Shown here piece after piece: positions 63,301 to 64,000 of a stretch of 64,000 bases of DNA. Source of the stretch: Felis catus (lineage: Eukaryota); contig NC_058373.1 of assembly GCF_018350175.1 (NCBI RefSeq), forward strand, positions 71,734,001 to 71,798,000, given 5' to 3'. The notes below the pieces were generated by a model that saw only the letters and a list, made by a program, of their open reading frames with translations, made no database searches and was not told where the DNA came from. The position numbers and the translations under genes are program-made. Position 1 is the stretch's first letter. Every line of letters begins with the position of its first letter.

Positions 63301-63967
63301 GGAGCTCGGACCAGCAGACAAAAAAGAGTCTCGGCCCCCAGAAGCCTGTGGACCTATAGAAGAGACGGCCAGAAAGAAGGAGCAGGAGGGCCCCAGCCTA
63401 GTATGCATGGCAGGTGAGATGGCACCAGAGCCGGTAAGGCAAGGGTCAGCATAGGTTGGGCCAAGGGAGGAGGCTAGAGGAGGAGCTGGGAACCTGACAG
63501 CCAGAACCCTCCCCACCTCGGGCCCAACAGCTCTGCTTGTGTCTGTGCAGGACCCACAGGTCCAGAAGGGCTTCCATCAGACCCACCAACACCACCCCTG
63601 GAGGCTGTGCAGGAAATGAAAGGGGACAGTGTCCCAGAAGAGGCCTCTCCAGTCTCCATCTCTGATGACCCGGATGTAGCTTGGGACTTGATGGCATCTG
63701 GATTCCTTGTCCTGACTGGTCAGTGGGCATCAGTGTTAGGAGGGAAAGAGAAGCAACCAGGGTGGGCTGTTGAGGGAGGCAGGGTGGATGGGAGGCAGCC
63801 AAGGCCTGCCCCCAGCCAGGACAGACTGTCCATTTTGTGTCCTCAGGAGGGATGGACCAGAGTGGGCGAGCTCTGCTGACCATTACCCCACCATGCCCTC
63901 CTGAAGAACCCCCACCCTCTCGAGACATGCTGAGCACTGCTCTTCATTACCTCCACTCATTGCTCAG
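58818..63967 (+). CDS. ARHGEF40: Rho guanine nucleotide exchange factor 40 (Solo), 5' part; continues beyond the window
   Basis: Exon 1 contributes only the ATG (GCCATG|GTGAGT, 58818-58820). Further exons: 61382-61579 ([58 protein letters not shown]...), 62168-63413, 63551-63718 and 63847-63967. Phases are consistent and all junctions are GT-AG. Confidence 0.96.
59244..59267 (-). CDS. NDRG2: Candidate distal NDRG2 alternative first coding exon (MENGGSRQ)
   Basis: GGG ATG GAA AAT GGT GGT TCC AGG CAG|GTCAGT. The phase-0 donor fits the acceptor at 10046/10045 (GCC ACC ATG...). It resembles the MENGGSMQATM N-terminus I recall for a human NDRG2 isoform. Confidence 0.6.
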
Positions 63968-64000
63968 GTAACTGAGGCCCAGCAGCGGCACCCTGGACAT

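Noticed and set aside
62485-63516. 343-aa minus-strand ORF
   Set aside because: It is the antisense shadow of ARHGEF40 exon 3.

Overview
This is mammalian genomic DNA from a felid, judged by the abundant SINEC_Fc-type tRNA-derived SINEs; the assembly is draft quality with six N gaps. The region is syntenic with the human 14q11.2 NDRG2-TPPP2-RNASE13-RNASE7-RNASE8-ARHGEF40 block. I reconstructed these genes exon by exon from GT-AG junctions: NDRG2 (minus strand, 15 coding exons, 371 aa), TPPP2 (plus, 3 coding exons, 171 aa), RNASE13 (minus, single-exon CDS), an intact RNASE7 (plus), an LTR-disrupted RNASE8-like pseudogene (plus), and the first five coding exons of ARHGEF40 (plus). I see no evidence of a wholly new biological system. 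The most notable observations are: (1) a candidate distal NDRG2 first exon (MENGGSRQ) inside ARHGEF40 intron 1 that would splice in frame across about 49 kb and nest four genes; (2) the RNASE7/RNASE8 pair appears one-to-one orthologous to the human pair, which would make the duplication older than primates; (3) a young ERV LTR inserted in a SINE carries about 500 bp of older, MER5-containing genomic DNA; (4) this RNase 7 has a premature C-terminal stop and a rearranged lysine cluster. Human sequences used for comparison are recalled from memory, not searched. Repeat boundaries are approximate.
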